Assembly: GCF_000737315.1 (NCBI RefSeq)
Contig: NZ_JMCB01000002.1
Location: forward strand, 20,001-144,000
Direction: 5' to 3'
DNA length: 124,000 bases
Source of the DNA: Hyalangium minutum
GTDB taxonomy: Bacteria > Myxococcota > Myxococcia > Myxococcales > Myxococcaceae
Below the pieces are notes generated by a model. It ran no database searches. It was not told the DNA's origin and worked only from the letters and a program-made list of their open reading frames with translations. Every line of letters begins with the position of its first letter. The stretch's first letter is position 1. A program made the translations under genes and the position numbers. Below are positions 1 through 9,152 of this stretch, piece after piece.

Positions 1-583
1 CCTCGAACTCCTCGGCCTGCTGCGGCGCGGCATCCTGCCCAGGCGCCTGCGCGGGGAGCGGGCGGGGGGGCGTGAGCGCTCTCGGGACGTGGACGGGATC
101 CACTTTCGGGAAGGGCGGCGTGCTCGGATGCGCGGACATGCCCAGGTAGAAGGGCATGCCCGTGTCTCGCACCGCCTGCGCGAAGCTCTCGTCCGTGCTC
201 GGATCCGTGCTGCGCTCGTCCATCACCATGTCGAAGAGCACGGCCTTCGCGCCTCGGTACGCCAGCTCATCCACCACATGGGCCCACAAGTTGCGGGTCC
301 ACGGATAGTTGCCGAAGTTGCGCGCGTAGGTGGGGTTGTTGCGCACTCGCTCCAGGCTCGGCTGATCAATGGCCAGCACGACGATGTCGGAGGACACTCC
401 CTGGCGGTGGGTGAAGCGCGTGAGAGCGCTGTCATAGAGGATGCGCTCCAGGTTGGGCAGCCACAGCAATCCCAGCTTCCAGCTCCCCGCGGCCACGGCC
501 GTGGCCGCCACCGCCATGCCCACCATCAGCGCCAGGTGGTTGCGGAGGCGCAGCCGTAGGATCCTCCCAGCGTCACTCGCCAT
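1..583 (-). CDS. CHASE2-domain membrane sensor (adenylate/guanylate cyclase or kinase type), 5' part only, runs off window edge
   Basis: My own translation from ATG at 583: MASDAGRILRLRLRNHLALMVGMAVAATAVAAGSWKLGLL (TM), then DIVVLAIDQPSL...YPWTRNLWAHVVDELAYRGAKAVLFDMVMDE, the typical CHASE2 N-terminal pattern. Not in the ORF track because it has no stop inside the window. Confidence 0.8.
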   Translation of the reverse strand, partial: MASDAGRILRLRLRNHLALMVGMAVAATAVAAGSWKLGLLWLPNLERILYDSALTRFTHRQGVSSDIVVLAIDQPSLERVRNNPTYARNFGNYPWTRNLWAHVVDELAYRGAKAVLFDMVMDERSTDPSTDESFAQAVRDTGMPFYLGMSAHPSTPPFPKVDPVHVPRALTPPRPLPAQAPGQDAAPQQAEEFE

Positions 584-673
584 GCTTCATCCCCATGGGC
601 GCGGACTCTATGTCACCTTGTCCGTGCGCAGCAGCCGCCTCGGGTGCATTAGACTGGGGGGGCTGCCAGCGGG

Positions 674-1252
674 GTGGGCTTGGAACTCGAGAAGCAAGGG
701 CGTGAGAAGTTCTCCGGCAACACATTCCTGGCCTATCTCCAGGGCCTGGACGCACTGGGCTTGCGCTCCGTGGTGCGCGCCATGGTGCCGCCGCGCGTGC
801 AGCGGATGATGGACCATCCGCCCGCCCCCACCGCATGGCTGGACACAGACGAGCTGCCGCTCATCTTCAACGCGGTGATGAAGCTCCAGGGCCTGGAGGG
901 CATGCGCAAGCTGGGGTACGCGGCGACGCAGGGCACCACGGCCCGCTTCCTCCAGCCGTTGATTCAGCTGACGCTGTCGAAGCAGGGCCGCCACCCAAGC
1001 GTGCTCTTGTCGCAGCTGTCCTCCATCTTCCGCCCCTTCTTCCAGGGGATCGACTTCCACTACAAGCAGGAGGGACCGCGCTCGGGCGTGCTGCAGATTC
1101 GCTCGGTCACGCCCATGGGCGCTGCGTCCTGGGCCGCCTGGGAGGGCACGCTGCGCATCCTCTACGACGAGTGCGGCGTGAGCACGGGCGTTGTCGGACA
1201 CAGCCAGATCTCCGAGCAGGGCCGCCTGGCGACCCTGAAGGTGCGCTGGTAG
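674..1252 (+). CDS. Myxococcales-type hypothetical protein (DUF2378/TIGR02265-like, V4R/HNOB-like fold)
   Basis: 192 aa; PPAPTAWLD...LGYAATQG pattern and C-terminal beta-rich WEGTLR...ATLKVRW resemble myxobacterial DUF2378-like paralogues. Confidence 0.55.
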   Translation: MGLELEKQGREKFSGNTFLAYLQGLDALGLRSVVRAMVPPRVQRMMDHPPAPTAWLDTDELPLIFNAVMKLQGLEGMRKLGYAATQGTTARFLQPLIQLTLSKQGRHPSVLLSQLSSIFRPFFQGIDFHYKQEGPRSGVLQIRSVTPMGAASWAAWEGTLRILYDECGVSTGVVGHSQISEQGRLATLKVRW

Positions 1253-1375
1253 TCCCAGAGAGCGGGCACCCAGCCGAGCCACCGTCCCAGCCCGTGGAGT
1301 CCCAGCCACGGACTTCAGTCCATTGCCGCGAGCCGAGGCGTGTCGAAGCTTTAGCCGCGACTCATTCACCCCTGT

Positions 1376-2602
1376 GTGAACTCAAAGGAGCGGGACGTGG
1401 CCCTGGATCTCTTCAAGGAGAAGGGGGTGCCGCTGGATCGACAGGTCTTCACCTGGAAGGACCTGGTTCAGCGCACCTATAGCAAGCTGGATGACGACGC
1501 CTTCACCCGCGTCCGTGTCATCCTGATGAATGGCATCGAGGCCGATTCACTGCGCTTCAAGCACATCGCGGCCCGCTTCAGCCGCCAACTGCGCGAGCCG
1601 CTCGCGCTCATCCGCCGCATGGAGCACCACCAGCAGACGATGGTGAACTGGCTCAACCCCGCGGACCAGAACCCGCTGGAGACGACGCTCGGCTTCGAGC
1701 AGGTGGCCATTGAAGTCACCGCCAGTGTGGCCCAGCGCGAGCCGGACCCGTACATGGCGCAGACGTACCGCTTTGGGCTGCTCGAGGACTTTGACCACCT
1801 GTACCGGTATGCCGCCCTGTACGACCGGCTGGAGGGCAAGGATCCGAACTCCCTCATCCAGTCCTACTCGGACATCCGTCCGGGCCGACCCACCGCGGTG
1901 GAGCACCGCCACCCGCTGGATGATCTGCGGCGGCCGTACGACATGCGCACGGCACACCCGCTCACCAAGATTCACGCGCTGCTCATCACCGCGGCCGAGT
2001 TCCAGACGCACGACTACTACATGACCATTGGTCCGATGTTCGCGGACCCCGTGGCCCGCCAGCTCTACGCGGAGATCGCCTCCATCGAGGAGCAGCACGT
2101 CACCCAGTACGGCTCGCTGGTGGATCCGGACGAGTCGCTGCTGGAGAAGTGGATGCTGCACGAGGCCATGGAGCTGTACTGCTACCAGTCGTGCCTGGCC
2201 TACGAGGGCAACCCGCGCGTGAAGGCCATCTGGGAGCGCTTCATGGACTACGAGCTGGGCCACCTCCACTACGTGATGGAGCTGTTCCAGCGGCTCGAGG
2301 GGCGTGATCCCGCTGAGGTGCTGCCGGCCACGCTGCCCGACCCCGTGGAGTTCAAGAGCCACCGCGAGTTCGTGCGCCGCGTGCTGAACCAGGAGGTGGA
2401 TCTGCGCGCCAACGGGCCGGACTTCGTGGACAAGGCGGAGCTGTCGCCGGGACACCGCTCGATTGTCTACCGCGACGCGCTCAACGCCGAGGGCTCGCCG
2501 TCCGAGACGGCCGCCGCGGGCTACCAGTGGACGCCGGGCACCGAGGTGGCGGCGCGCGGACAGCGCCTCGTCACCGGGCCGGAAGGGAGGCTGCAGTCAT
2601 GA
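1376..2602 (+). CDS. Ferritin-like (di-iron) domain protein, duplicated four-helix bundle
   Basis: Repeated ExxH-type motifs (MEHHQQ, LEDFDHLY, IEEQHV, YELGHLH); high GC3 codon usage. Confidence 0.7.
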   Translation: MNSKERDVALDLFKEKGVPLDRQVFTWKDLVQRTYSKLDDDAFTRVRVILMNGIEADSLRFKHIAARFSRQLREPLALIRRMEHHQQTMVNWLNPADQNPLETTLGFEQVAIEVTASVAQREPDPYMAQTYRFGLLEDFDHLYRYAALYDRLEGKDPNSLIQSYSDIRPGRPTAVEHRHPLDDLRRPYDMRTAHPLTKIHALLITAAEFQTHDYYMTIGPMFADPVARQLYAEIASIEEQHVTQYGSLVDPDESLLEKWMLHEAMELYCYQSCLAYEGNPRVKAIWERFMDYELGHLHYVMELFQRLEGRDPAEVLPATLPDPVEFKSHREFVRRVLNQEVDLRANGPDFVDKAELSPGHRSIVYRDALNAEGSPSETAAAGYQWTPGTEVAARGQRLVTGPEGRLQS

Positions 2603-3357
2603 AGAAGACGTCCAGTGATGTGGGGCTCAACCGCACGGGCATCCAGACTTCGCCCATCGACAGCAAGGAGGCCATCGAAGGCGCGAAGGCGGGCATCCCT
2701 AGCTCCATGGGCACCGAGGCTGGCATCCTCGAGGTGCGTGCCATCTACGCCCGGGAGAGCGACGGCTTGGGCACGGTCCCCGTGCCGGCCACCCTCAAGG
2801 GCATGTTCACCACGGCCAAGGAGCTGCTGAAGGGCAACAAGCCCACGGTGTTCATCGACAAGCTGGGCGAGCGGCTCAGCTTCGAGCGCACGGGCGTGAG
2901 GCTCTACGAGGCGGCCCTGGGCAAGTTCGACATCCACGGCACGTGGGCGGGTGGGCCCTCGCGGGAACAGCTGGAGAAGATCCTCAGCGATGAGCTGTCT
3001 CACTTCGTCCTCATCCGCGAGGCCATCGAGAGGCTGGGCGCGGATCCGACGGCGCTCACGCCCTCGGCGGATCTGGTGGCGGTGGCGTCCATGGGGATTC
3101 CGCAGGTGCTGCAGGATCCGCGCACCAACCTCATTCAGTGCCTGGAGGCGCTGATGGTGGCGGAGCTGACGGACAACTCGGGCTGGGAGCTGCTCATCGA
3201 GCTGGCCGAGGGCTTGGGGCAGACCGAGCTCGTCGAGCAGTTCGAGGCCGCGCTGGGCGTGGAGGCCGAGCACCTCCAGTTGGTGCGCCGGTGGCTCATC
3301 GCCGGGGTGACGGGCGAGGCCGGTGTCCGCGAGGAGGCGGGCATCCCCGCGATGTAG
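2599..3357 (+). CDS. Ferritin-like domain protein
   Basis: ATG at 2599 overlaps the upstream stop (ATGA); DKLGERLSFERTGVRLYE, DELSHF, AELTDNSGWELL, EAEHL di-iron-like motifs. Confidence 0.75.
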   Translation: MKKTSSDVGLNRTGIQTSPIDSKEAIEGAKAGIPSSMGTEAGILEVRAIYARESDGLGTVPVPATLKGMFTTAKELLKGNKPTVFIDKLGERLSFERTGVRLYEAALGKFDIHGTWAGGPSREQLEKILSDELSHFVLIREAIERLGADPTALTPSADLVAVASMGIPQVLQDPRTNLIQCLEALMVAELTDNSGWELLIELAEGLGQTELVEQFEAALGVEAEHLQLVRRWLIAGVTGEAGVREEAGIPAM

Positions 3358-3424
3358 TGCCCATCTTCAGGGGGGAGAGCGGTGGAGGGTCCGCTCTCCC
3401 TTTCTTTTTGCCTGGAGGAACAGC

Positions 3425-3937
3425 ATGCAGCCGAGCCCAGCGTTGAAGAGCCCGTCGTTGAGAGCGGAGTCCGCCGCAGCACTCGGTGTCTTTGGTGCCC
3501 TGACTGCGGGGGCAGGCGCTCTGGGGGCGCTCGTGACGGACCATGGGACCCAGCTCTGGTACCGGCGGCTGCGCAAGCCTCCGTTCCAGCCGCCCAGCGC
3601 CGTGTTCGGACCGGTGTGGACGGTGCTGTACGGCCTCATGGCCGTGTCTGCCTGGCGGGTGTGGAACCGGCCGGCCGGGCCTGCTCGCTCGCGGGCTCTG
3701 GGGCTGTGGGCGCTCCAGCTTGGCTTCAATGCCGCGTGGAGCTGGCTCTTCTTCGGGAAGCGCCTCAAGCGGACTGCGCTCGCGGACATCGGCGCGCTCG
3801 GAGCCAGCATCGCGGCCTATATCGCGGCGGCCCGGAAGGTGGACAAGCCGGCCGCGGCCCTGGTGGCGCCGTACCTGGGATGGGTGTGCTTCGCTGGCCT
3901 CCTCAATGAGGAGCTTGTCCGCAGGAACCCGTCTTGA
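3425..3937 (+). CDS. tspO: TspO/MBR tryptophan-rich sensory protein
   Basis: WYRRLRKPPFQPPSAVFGPVWTVLY, QLGFNAAWSWLFF and LVAPYLGWVCFA..LN are TspO signatures. Confidence 0.9.
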   Translation: MQPSPALKSPSLRAESAAALGVFGALTAGAGALGALVTDHGTQLWYRRLRKPPFQPPSAVFGPVWTVLYGLMAVSAWRVWNRPAGPARSRALGLWALQLGFNAAWSWLFFGKRLKRTALADIGALGASIAAYIAAARKVDKPAAALVAPYLGWVCFAGLLNEELVRRNPS

Positions 3938-3994
3938 TGCGCACCTGGACGTCCGGGGGAGCAGGGAGGCACCCCCCGGGCGTTGGGTCAGCTG

Positions 3995-4276
3995 CTAGAA
4001 ACACTCAGTGCTGTACTGCGAGTACGTGCTCGTCCTGCCCCACACGGACCATGAGCCGCAGTAGCAACCCCTGCCGCCGATCTGCGTGGAGTACGTCGCG
4101 TCGCTGAAATACGCCGTGTAGTAAGTCTCCCCCGCACAGTCCGGAATGGCATCTTCGCGGGTCTGCAGGTTGGACGGCGACGGCTCCTGCGTGGCCTCGT
4201 CGGCAACGCTACCGCCACAGCCCACCATCAGACCCATCACCAGCGACAGACTCGCAGCCCACATCGCGTTCTTCAT
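3995..4276 (-). CDS. Small secreted/lipoprotein with Cys/Tyr/Trp-rich C-terminal module (possibly DUF6289-like)
   Basis: ATG 4276 with GGAGGG RBS; signal peptide ending LMVGC; tail DCAGETYYTAYFSDATYSTQIGGRGCYCGSWSVWGRTSTYSQYSTECF. Confidence 0.65.
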   Translation of the reverse strand: MKNAMWAASLSLVMGLMVGCGGSVADEATQEPSPSNLQTREDAIPDCAGETYYTAYFSDATYSTQIGGRGCYCGSWSVWGRTSTYSQYSTECF

Positions 4277-4445
4277 GTGACCCTCCCGTACAGAAAGTGA
4301 AGGGCTGAACGTTAAGCCCGGGATTTCGGGAGGCTCAAGAAAAGTCGCAGCCGCCTTGCACGGGACGTGTGGGCCGTCCCGCCTCAACGAAAACTTTCAG
4401 AAAGTCCTTCGGGAAGATCTGCGCGGCCCGCCGTTCCAGAGGGGA

Positions 4446-5099
4446 ATGAACGCGGTTGCCCTACACAACATTGGCTTGCTCGCTGCTCCTCGGGTTGGTC
4501 GGTACTTGACTGTGCGTGACTGGGCTGCGAAGGCTGCCACCTTCGTGGATTCCCGGTCTCTCTCAGAGCCCACCGTTGATAGCCGGTGGTTCGCCGCGTT
4601 CATCCGGGAGCACGAGTCCGTCCTCCAGGCCACTGCGCTGCGCTTGTGCGGCAACCCCACGGATGCCCGGGATTTGGTCCAGGACACTCTGGAGCGTGGG
4701 CTGAAGAACCTGTCCCGCTACAAGCCGGGCACGGATGGGCGCGCATGGCTGCTCACCATCCTCCACCACATCTTCATCGACCGGTGCCGCTCGCGCACCC
4801 GGGAGCGCCGCGCGGATGTGTCCGCCGAGGATGTGGAGGAGAAGGTCGCCGCCCCCGAGCCCGACGCCCAGCCCGCCTGGGCCGCCATCAGCCCCGAGCA
4901 GCTGCGCGAGGCCCTGGACAAGATTCCCGAGGAGTTCCGCCTCGTCTACCAGCTGCACTCGCTGGAGGGGCGCTCCTATATCGAGATCGCGGAGCGGCTT
5001 GGCATCCCCAAGGCCACCGTGGGCACGCGGCTCATCCGCGCGCGCCGCCGCCTGAAGGAGTTGCTGATGCCCACTGTGACCGGAGGCGCCGAGGCATGA
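4446..5099 (+). CDS. ECF (sigma-70 family) RNA polymerase sigma factor
   Basis: DARDLVQDTLERGL (region 2), WLLTILHHIFID, SYIEIAERLGIPKATVGTRLIRARRRL (region 4 HTH); start uncertain (4446 or downstream GTG). Confidence 0.92.
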   Translation: MNAVALHNIGLLAAPRVGRYLTVRDWAAKAATFVDSRSLSEPTVDSRWFAAFIREHESVLQATALRLCGNPTDARDLVQDTLERGLKNLSRYKPGTDGRAWLLTILHHIFIDRCRSRTRERRADVSAEDVEEKVAAPEPDAQPAWAAISPEQLREALDKIPEEFRLVYQLHSLEGRSYIEIAERLGIPKATVGTRLIRARRRLKELLMPTVTGGAEA

Positions 5100-6859
5100 G
5101 CGGCATGGGCGACATGGGCGAGGACATCCATGACCTCGTGCACGCGTTCGCGGACGGGGAGCTGGAGCCCTCAGAGGCCGAGGCCTTCCGCGAGCACCTC
5201 GGCACCTGCGAGCAGTGCCAGGCCGAGCTGGATGACATTCTCCAACTCCAGGCGCTGAGCGGGCGGCTGGCCTCGATGGAGGCGAAGCAGGCTCCGGCTC
5301 CCGAGACGGTGGCGCCTCCTGTGGAGAGGGCCCGGCCTGTCGAGGCGGCGCGGAAGACCGAGGAGGCGGCGGCTTCTTCTCGCGCCTTCCGCCCCGCGTG
5401 GAGCCGCCGCCGGCGCGTGGGCCTGAGCGTGGTGCTGGGTGGTGCGCTGGCCGCAGCCTTTGCCCTGGCCGTGCTGCGGACGCCGGGCCTGGAGGGTGGG
5501 AACACTCCCGAGACGCTCGCGCTGGCCCCCACCCGCTCCACCGAGGCGCGGCTGAGCTACGGCGGTGCCAGTGGCTGGCGGCCCTACGGCGTGAAGCGCT
5601 CCGGCAACGAGCGCCCCGTGGAGCGCGTGCCGCTGGAGACGCAGGCGAAGCTGGAGAAGAAGAGCGACCTGCACGGCCTGGCCACCACCTTCCTGCTGCA
5701 GGGCGAGAAGGATCAGGCCGCCGAGTACCTCGGCAAGCTCTCCTCCTCGCCGGACGTGGACAGCGATCGCGCGGTGGTGGCGCTGTCGAAGGGCGCGCTG
5801 GAGGAGGCGCTCAGCCTGCTGGAGGGCGTGCTCGAGAAGGCGCCGAACCACGCTCCCGCGCTGTGGAACCGTGGCCTGGTGCTGCGTGAGCTGGGGTTGG
5901 ATCTGCTGGCCGCCGAGAGCTTCGGCAAGGTGGCTGCGCTCAACGAGCCCGGCTGGAGTGACGAGGCCCGCGAGCGCAAGGCGCAGCTGGAGCGTCAGGG
6001 CCAGGAGCGCCACAACCGCTGGAAGGCCGTGTGGGACGCCGGCAATCGCATGGTGGCCGATGGCACGCTGCTGACGGACAGCCAGGTGCGTGACGCTCCG
6101 CCCATGGCGCGCCGCTCCCTGTACCTGGCCGCCTGGACCGCTCCCACCGCTGAGCGGGTGCTCGCGCTGCGGCCCGTGGCCCAGGCACTCGATGCGCACT
6201 ACGGCGGCAGGGTGCTGGAGACCTACCTGGAGCGCACCGCGAAGCGGGACTTCGCCACGCGCGCCCCGCTGGCCGCCACCTTCTCCCAGGGGCTCGAGGG
6301 CAAGCTGGACGCCACCGCGGGGGAGGCCTTCATCCGCCAGCTCCAGGCCTCGGGCGAGCAGGACATCCTCCTGGGCGCGCTCTCACTGCTCGGCATGCTC
6401 CCGGCGCGGGTGGACCTGTATGAGGCGGCCGCGCGCTCGCTGGGAGACCCCTGGTTCCTGATGAGCGCCCAGCTCCAGCGGGCCCAGGCGCAGCTCGCTG
6501 CCCGTGAGCTCGGGCAGGCGGAGGCCACGCTGCGCACCGCGCTCCCCGAGTGCGAGCAGCAGCACCTCGACTCCCGCTGCGCCGAGCTGGAGCAGATGCT
6601 CGTGGAGCTCTACACGCTGGATCACCGTCTGTCCGAGGCCGGTGAGCTGGCCCGCAAGGGGCTCACCCGCGCCCAGCAGATGAACGAGGCGGGCCTGGAG
6701 GTCCGATTCCTACAGAACCTCGAGCAGATCGCCCGCTTCCAGAAGGGCTTAGCCCTGGCGCGCGCGTACCTCCAGGAGTCCGCCCTGCGCGAGCCGGACT
6801 CCTGCCCCACGCAGATCCACGTGCACGCCTGTCGCTGTTGGCCGTTGTGTGTGCCGTGA
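5096..6859 (+). CDS. zf-HC2 anti-sigma + TM + TPR protein, apparently C-terminally truncated
   Basis: ATGA overlap with the sigma stop; HAFADGEL...FREHLGTCEQC (HxxxCxxC), TM segment, TPRs (ALWNRGLVLRELG); ends abruptly in ACRCWPLCVP. Confidence 0.8.
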   Translation: MSGMGDMGEDIHDLVHAFADGELEPSEAEAFREHLGTCEQCQAELDDILQLQALSGRLASMEAKQAPAPETVAPPVERARPVEAARKTEEAAASSRAFRPAWSRRRRVGLSVVLGGALAAAFALAVLRTPGLEGGNTPETLALAPTRSTEARLSYGGASGWRPYGVKRSGNERPVERVPLETQAKLEKKSDLHGLATTFLLQGEKDQAAEYLGKLSSSPDVDSDRAVVALSKGALEEALSLLEGVLEKAPNHAPALWNRGLVLRELGLDLLAAESFGKVAALNEPGWSDEARERKAQLERQGQERHNRWKAVWDAGNRMVADGTLLTDSQVRDAPPMARRSLYLAAWTAPTAERVLALRPVAQALDAHYGGRVLETYLERTAKRDFATRAPLAATFSQGLEGKLDATAGEAFIRQLQASGEQDILLGALSLLGMLPARVDLYEAAARSLGDPWFLMSAQLQRAQAQLAARELGQAEATLRTALPECEQQHLDSRCAELEQMLVELYTLDHRLSEAGELARKGLTRAQQMNEAGLEVRFLQNLEQIARFQKGLALARAYLQESALREPDSCPTQIHVHACRCWPLCVP

Positions 6860-6871
6860 GCTCCGGAGCGC

Positions 6872-7048
6872 TCAGTTTCGGAAGCGCGTGGGCTTCAGCG
6901 GGTTGAGCGCGAGCATGACGGCGAAGTAGCGGGCCTGCACCTCGTTGGTGCAGTGCACTTCCTGAATGCGGCCGCCCATCTTCACTCGAATGAGCCAGCC
7001 ATCCTTCTCGCGAGTCAGCGTGGGGGTTTCGGTCGTCATTGGGTCCAT
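6872..7048 (-). CDS. Small hypothetical protein
   Basis: MDPMTTETPTLTREKDGWLIRVKMGGRIQEVHCTNEVQARYFAVML; plausible composition and codon usage, sits between convergent genes. Confidence 0.5.
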   Translation of the reverse strand: MDPMTTETPTLTREKDGWLIRVKMGGRIQEVHCTNEVQARYFAVMLALNPLKPTRFRN

Positions 7049-7195
7049 TCCTGGGTGTTGAGCCAGCCTCCCACCTTTCTCATTAGCAGCCTGCATGCCA
7101 GTCTCCGGAGCGTGGGATTGCGGGCGTTTGGCCGCCCCTGGCGAACACCGGTGGACAGGGGAGCTGTCATTCTTGCAGACCCGTCTGCAAGAACT

Positions 7196-8773
7196 TCAGT
7201 GCACGGTGTGACTCGACGCTTGCTCGGGCTGCGCCTGCGCCGAGGGCAGTGTCGGAAGGGCGACATAAAATGTGGAGCCGCGGTCCACCTCGCTCTCCAC
7301 CCAGATGCGGCCTCCGTGGCGCGCGACGATGTCGCGGCAGATGTAGAGCCCCAGCCCGAGGCCTCCATAGGAGCGAGGGGACACATTGCGCGCGCGGAAG
7401 TAGCGCTCGAAGAGGTGCTCCTGCTGATCAGCGGGGATGCCGATGCCCGGGTCGCTCACGGACAGCAGGGCTGTGTCGCCGCGCGGCTCGAGCGAGACGT
7501 GGATGGTGCCGCCGTCCGGGCTGTACTTGAGCGCGTTCTCCAGGAGGTTGGCGATCACCTGCTCGAGCCGGTAGGGGTCTCCCAGCACCTGGAGCGGCGT
7601 GGCGGGCGCGTGGAAGAGGATGCGGTGCCCGGCTTCGTAGAGGCCCTCGGTGACGTGGATGACGTGCTCGGTGAGCAGGTCCAGGCGGGTGGGCTGAGGT
7701 TGGAGCGCGAGCCCGCCGGACTCGATGCGCGAGGCGTCCAGCAAGTCATTGATGAGCGAGGTGAGGCGCAGCAGGTGCTGGCGCGCGTGGCGCAGGGAGG
7801 AGGGGTCCACGGGCTCGCCGCGCTCCAGGCGGCGCTCGAGGTTGGCCAGGCGCAGGGAGAGCGGGGTGAGGGGCGTCTTCAGCTCGTGCGAGGCGATGGT
7901 GAGGAAGTCCTCGCGCACGCGCACGGCCTCCTGGGCCTCGCGGAAGAGGCGAGCGTGCTCCCGCTCCACCTTCTTGCGCTCGGTGATGTCCTCGACGATG
8001 CCCACGCCTCCAGCCACCTGGCCGCTACCGTCGTGGCAGGGGGCGAAGTGGATGCGCACGGGCGTCACCTTGGAAGCGGTGACGGAGGCGTAGTCGCCTT
8101 CATAGTGCGAGTGCTTGCCGCTGAGCGTGGCGCTGATGCAATGGGTGATGCGCGGATCCTTCAGGGTCAGCAGGTTGAGCCCGATCAGCAACTGCTTGGA
8201 CGAGCCGGTGATGCGGACGAAGTAGTCATTGCAGGCGGTGATGACGGGCGTCTTGTCGAAGTGGAAGATGCCGAGCGGGGCGTTCTCGACGATGGTCTGG
8301 TAGCGGCGCTCGGCCATGTCGGGCTTGCGCGCGGCGCCGAGGTGGCCGCTTTGCCAGAGCTCGAGGGACACCTCCTGTTGGAGGGGCTCGGGGCTGAAGC
8401 TGGGGGCCTCGGGGGCGCGGCGCAGGGACAGGACAATGCGCTGCTGCCCATGCCGCTGGGCCTGGCCGGTGGTGATCTCCAGCAGCAGCTCTTCGCCGCC
8501 CCGGCGCTTCAAGGGGAGGAGCGTGGAGTGGCCCGGCTGCTGCTGTTGGCGTGCGAGCAGGTAGCGGAGCAGGGAGTTCCCGTCGAGGGTCTGGAGGCGT
8601 GGGGGAACGAGGAGGGAGAAGGGCTGGCCGCGCAGCTCTTCTCCCTTCCATCCGAGCAGCCGCTCTGCGGCGGGGGTGATGTAGAGGATGTGTTCGCGGC
8701 CATCGCACGCCAGCAGGGGATCGGTCAGGGCATCGATCAGGAGCTCGAGCTCATCACCTTCCAGGCAGGACAC
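7196..8773 (-). CDS. PAS-PAS sensor histidine kinase
   Basis: Two PAS domains, H-box FLTIASHELKTPL, N-box NLLENALKYS, DPGIGI and GGLGLGL; the ORF-track N-terminus (to 9061) is probably spurious, start about 8773-8791. Confidence 0.92.
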   Translation of the reverse strand: MSCLEGDELELLIDALTDPLLACDGREHILYITPAAERLLGWKGEELRGQPFSLLVPPRLQTLDGNSLLRYLLARQQQQPGHSTLLPLKRRGGEELLLEITTGQAQRHGQQRIVLSLRRAPEAPSFSPEPLQQEVSLELWQSGHLGAARKPDMAERRYQTIVENAPLGIFHFDKTPVITACNDYFVRITGSSKQLLIGLNLLTLKDPRITHCISATLSGKHSHYEGDYASVTASKVTPVRIHFAPCHDGSGQVAGGVGIVEDITERKKVEREHARLFREAQEAVRVREDFLTIASHELKTPLTPLSLRLANLERRLERGEPVDPSSLRHARQHLLRLTSLINDLLDASRIESGGLALQPQPTRLDLLTEHVIHVTEGLYEAGHRILFHAPATPLQVLGDPYRLEQVIANLLENALKYSPDGGTIHVSLEPRGDTALLSVSDPGIGIPADQQEHLFERYFRARNVSPRSYGGLGLGLYICRDIVARHGGRIWVESEVDRGSTFYVALPTLPSAQAQPEQASSHTVH

Positions 8774-8930
8774 CAGCGGGCCTCTCTCCAATCGTCCTGC
8801 TAGAGATAGGCACTTCTGGAGTGAGCGGCTGGGCCTGAGGGAGGACTCCCGGCGCCCGGGCGGGGAAGGGCCCGCTGCTGCGGTATGCTGCGACCGAAGT
8901 GGCAACGCTTTTGGGGCGGCTGAGGCGGCT

Positions 8931-9152
8931 ATGCGCTGGAAGGCAGCGATAATCGGGTGGATGGTCTTCTTCCTGATGGGATGTCCCCACTCGTTCGGAC
9001 GGGGAGGGATCCTGGACCGGGCCGCAGCCAAGGACACGAAAGAGTACCTGGAAGACCTCAACGGCGAGCAGCCCTGTCCATCACCTGAGGAGCTGAGTCA
9101 GCTCTGCGAGGAGCGAGACGATCCGGCATGCCCTCGGGAGTGCTTGCAGTGA
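8931..9152 (+). CDS. Small lipoprotein (73 aa) with Cys-rich tail
   Basis: MRWKAAIIGWMVFFLMGC lipobox; its stop overlaps the GTG of the next gene (GTGA). Confidence 0.6.
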   Translation: MRWKAAIIGWMVFFLMGCPHSFGRGGILDRAAAKDTKEYLEDLNGEQPCPSPEELSQLCEERDDPACPRECLQ

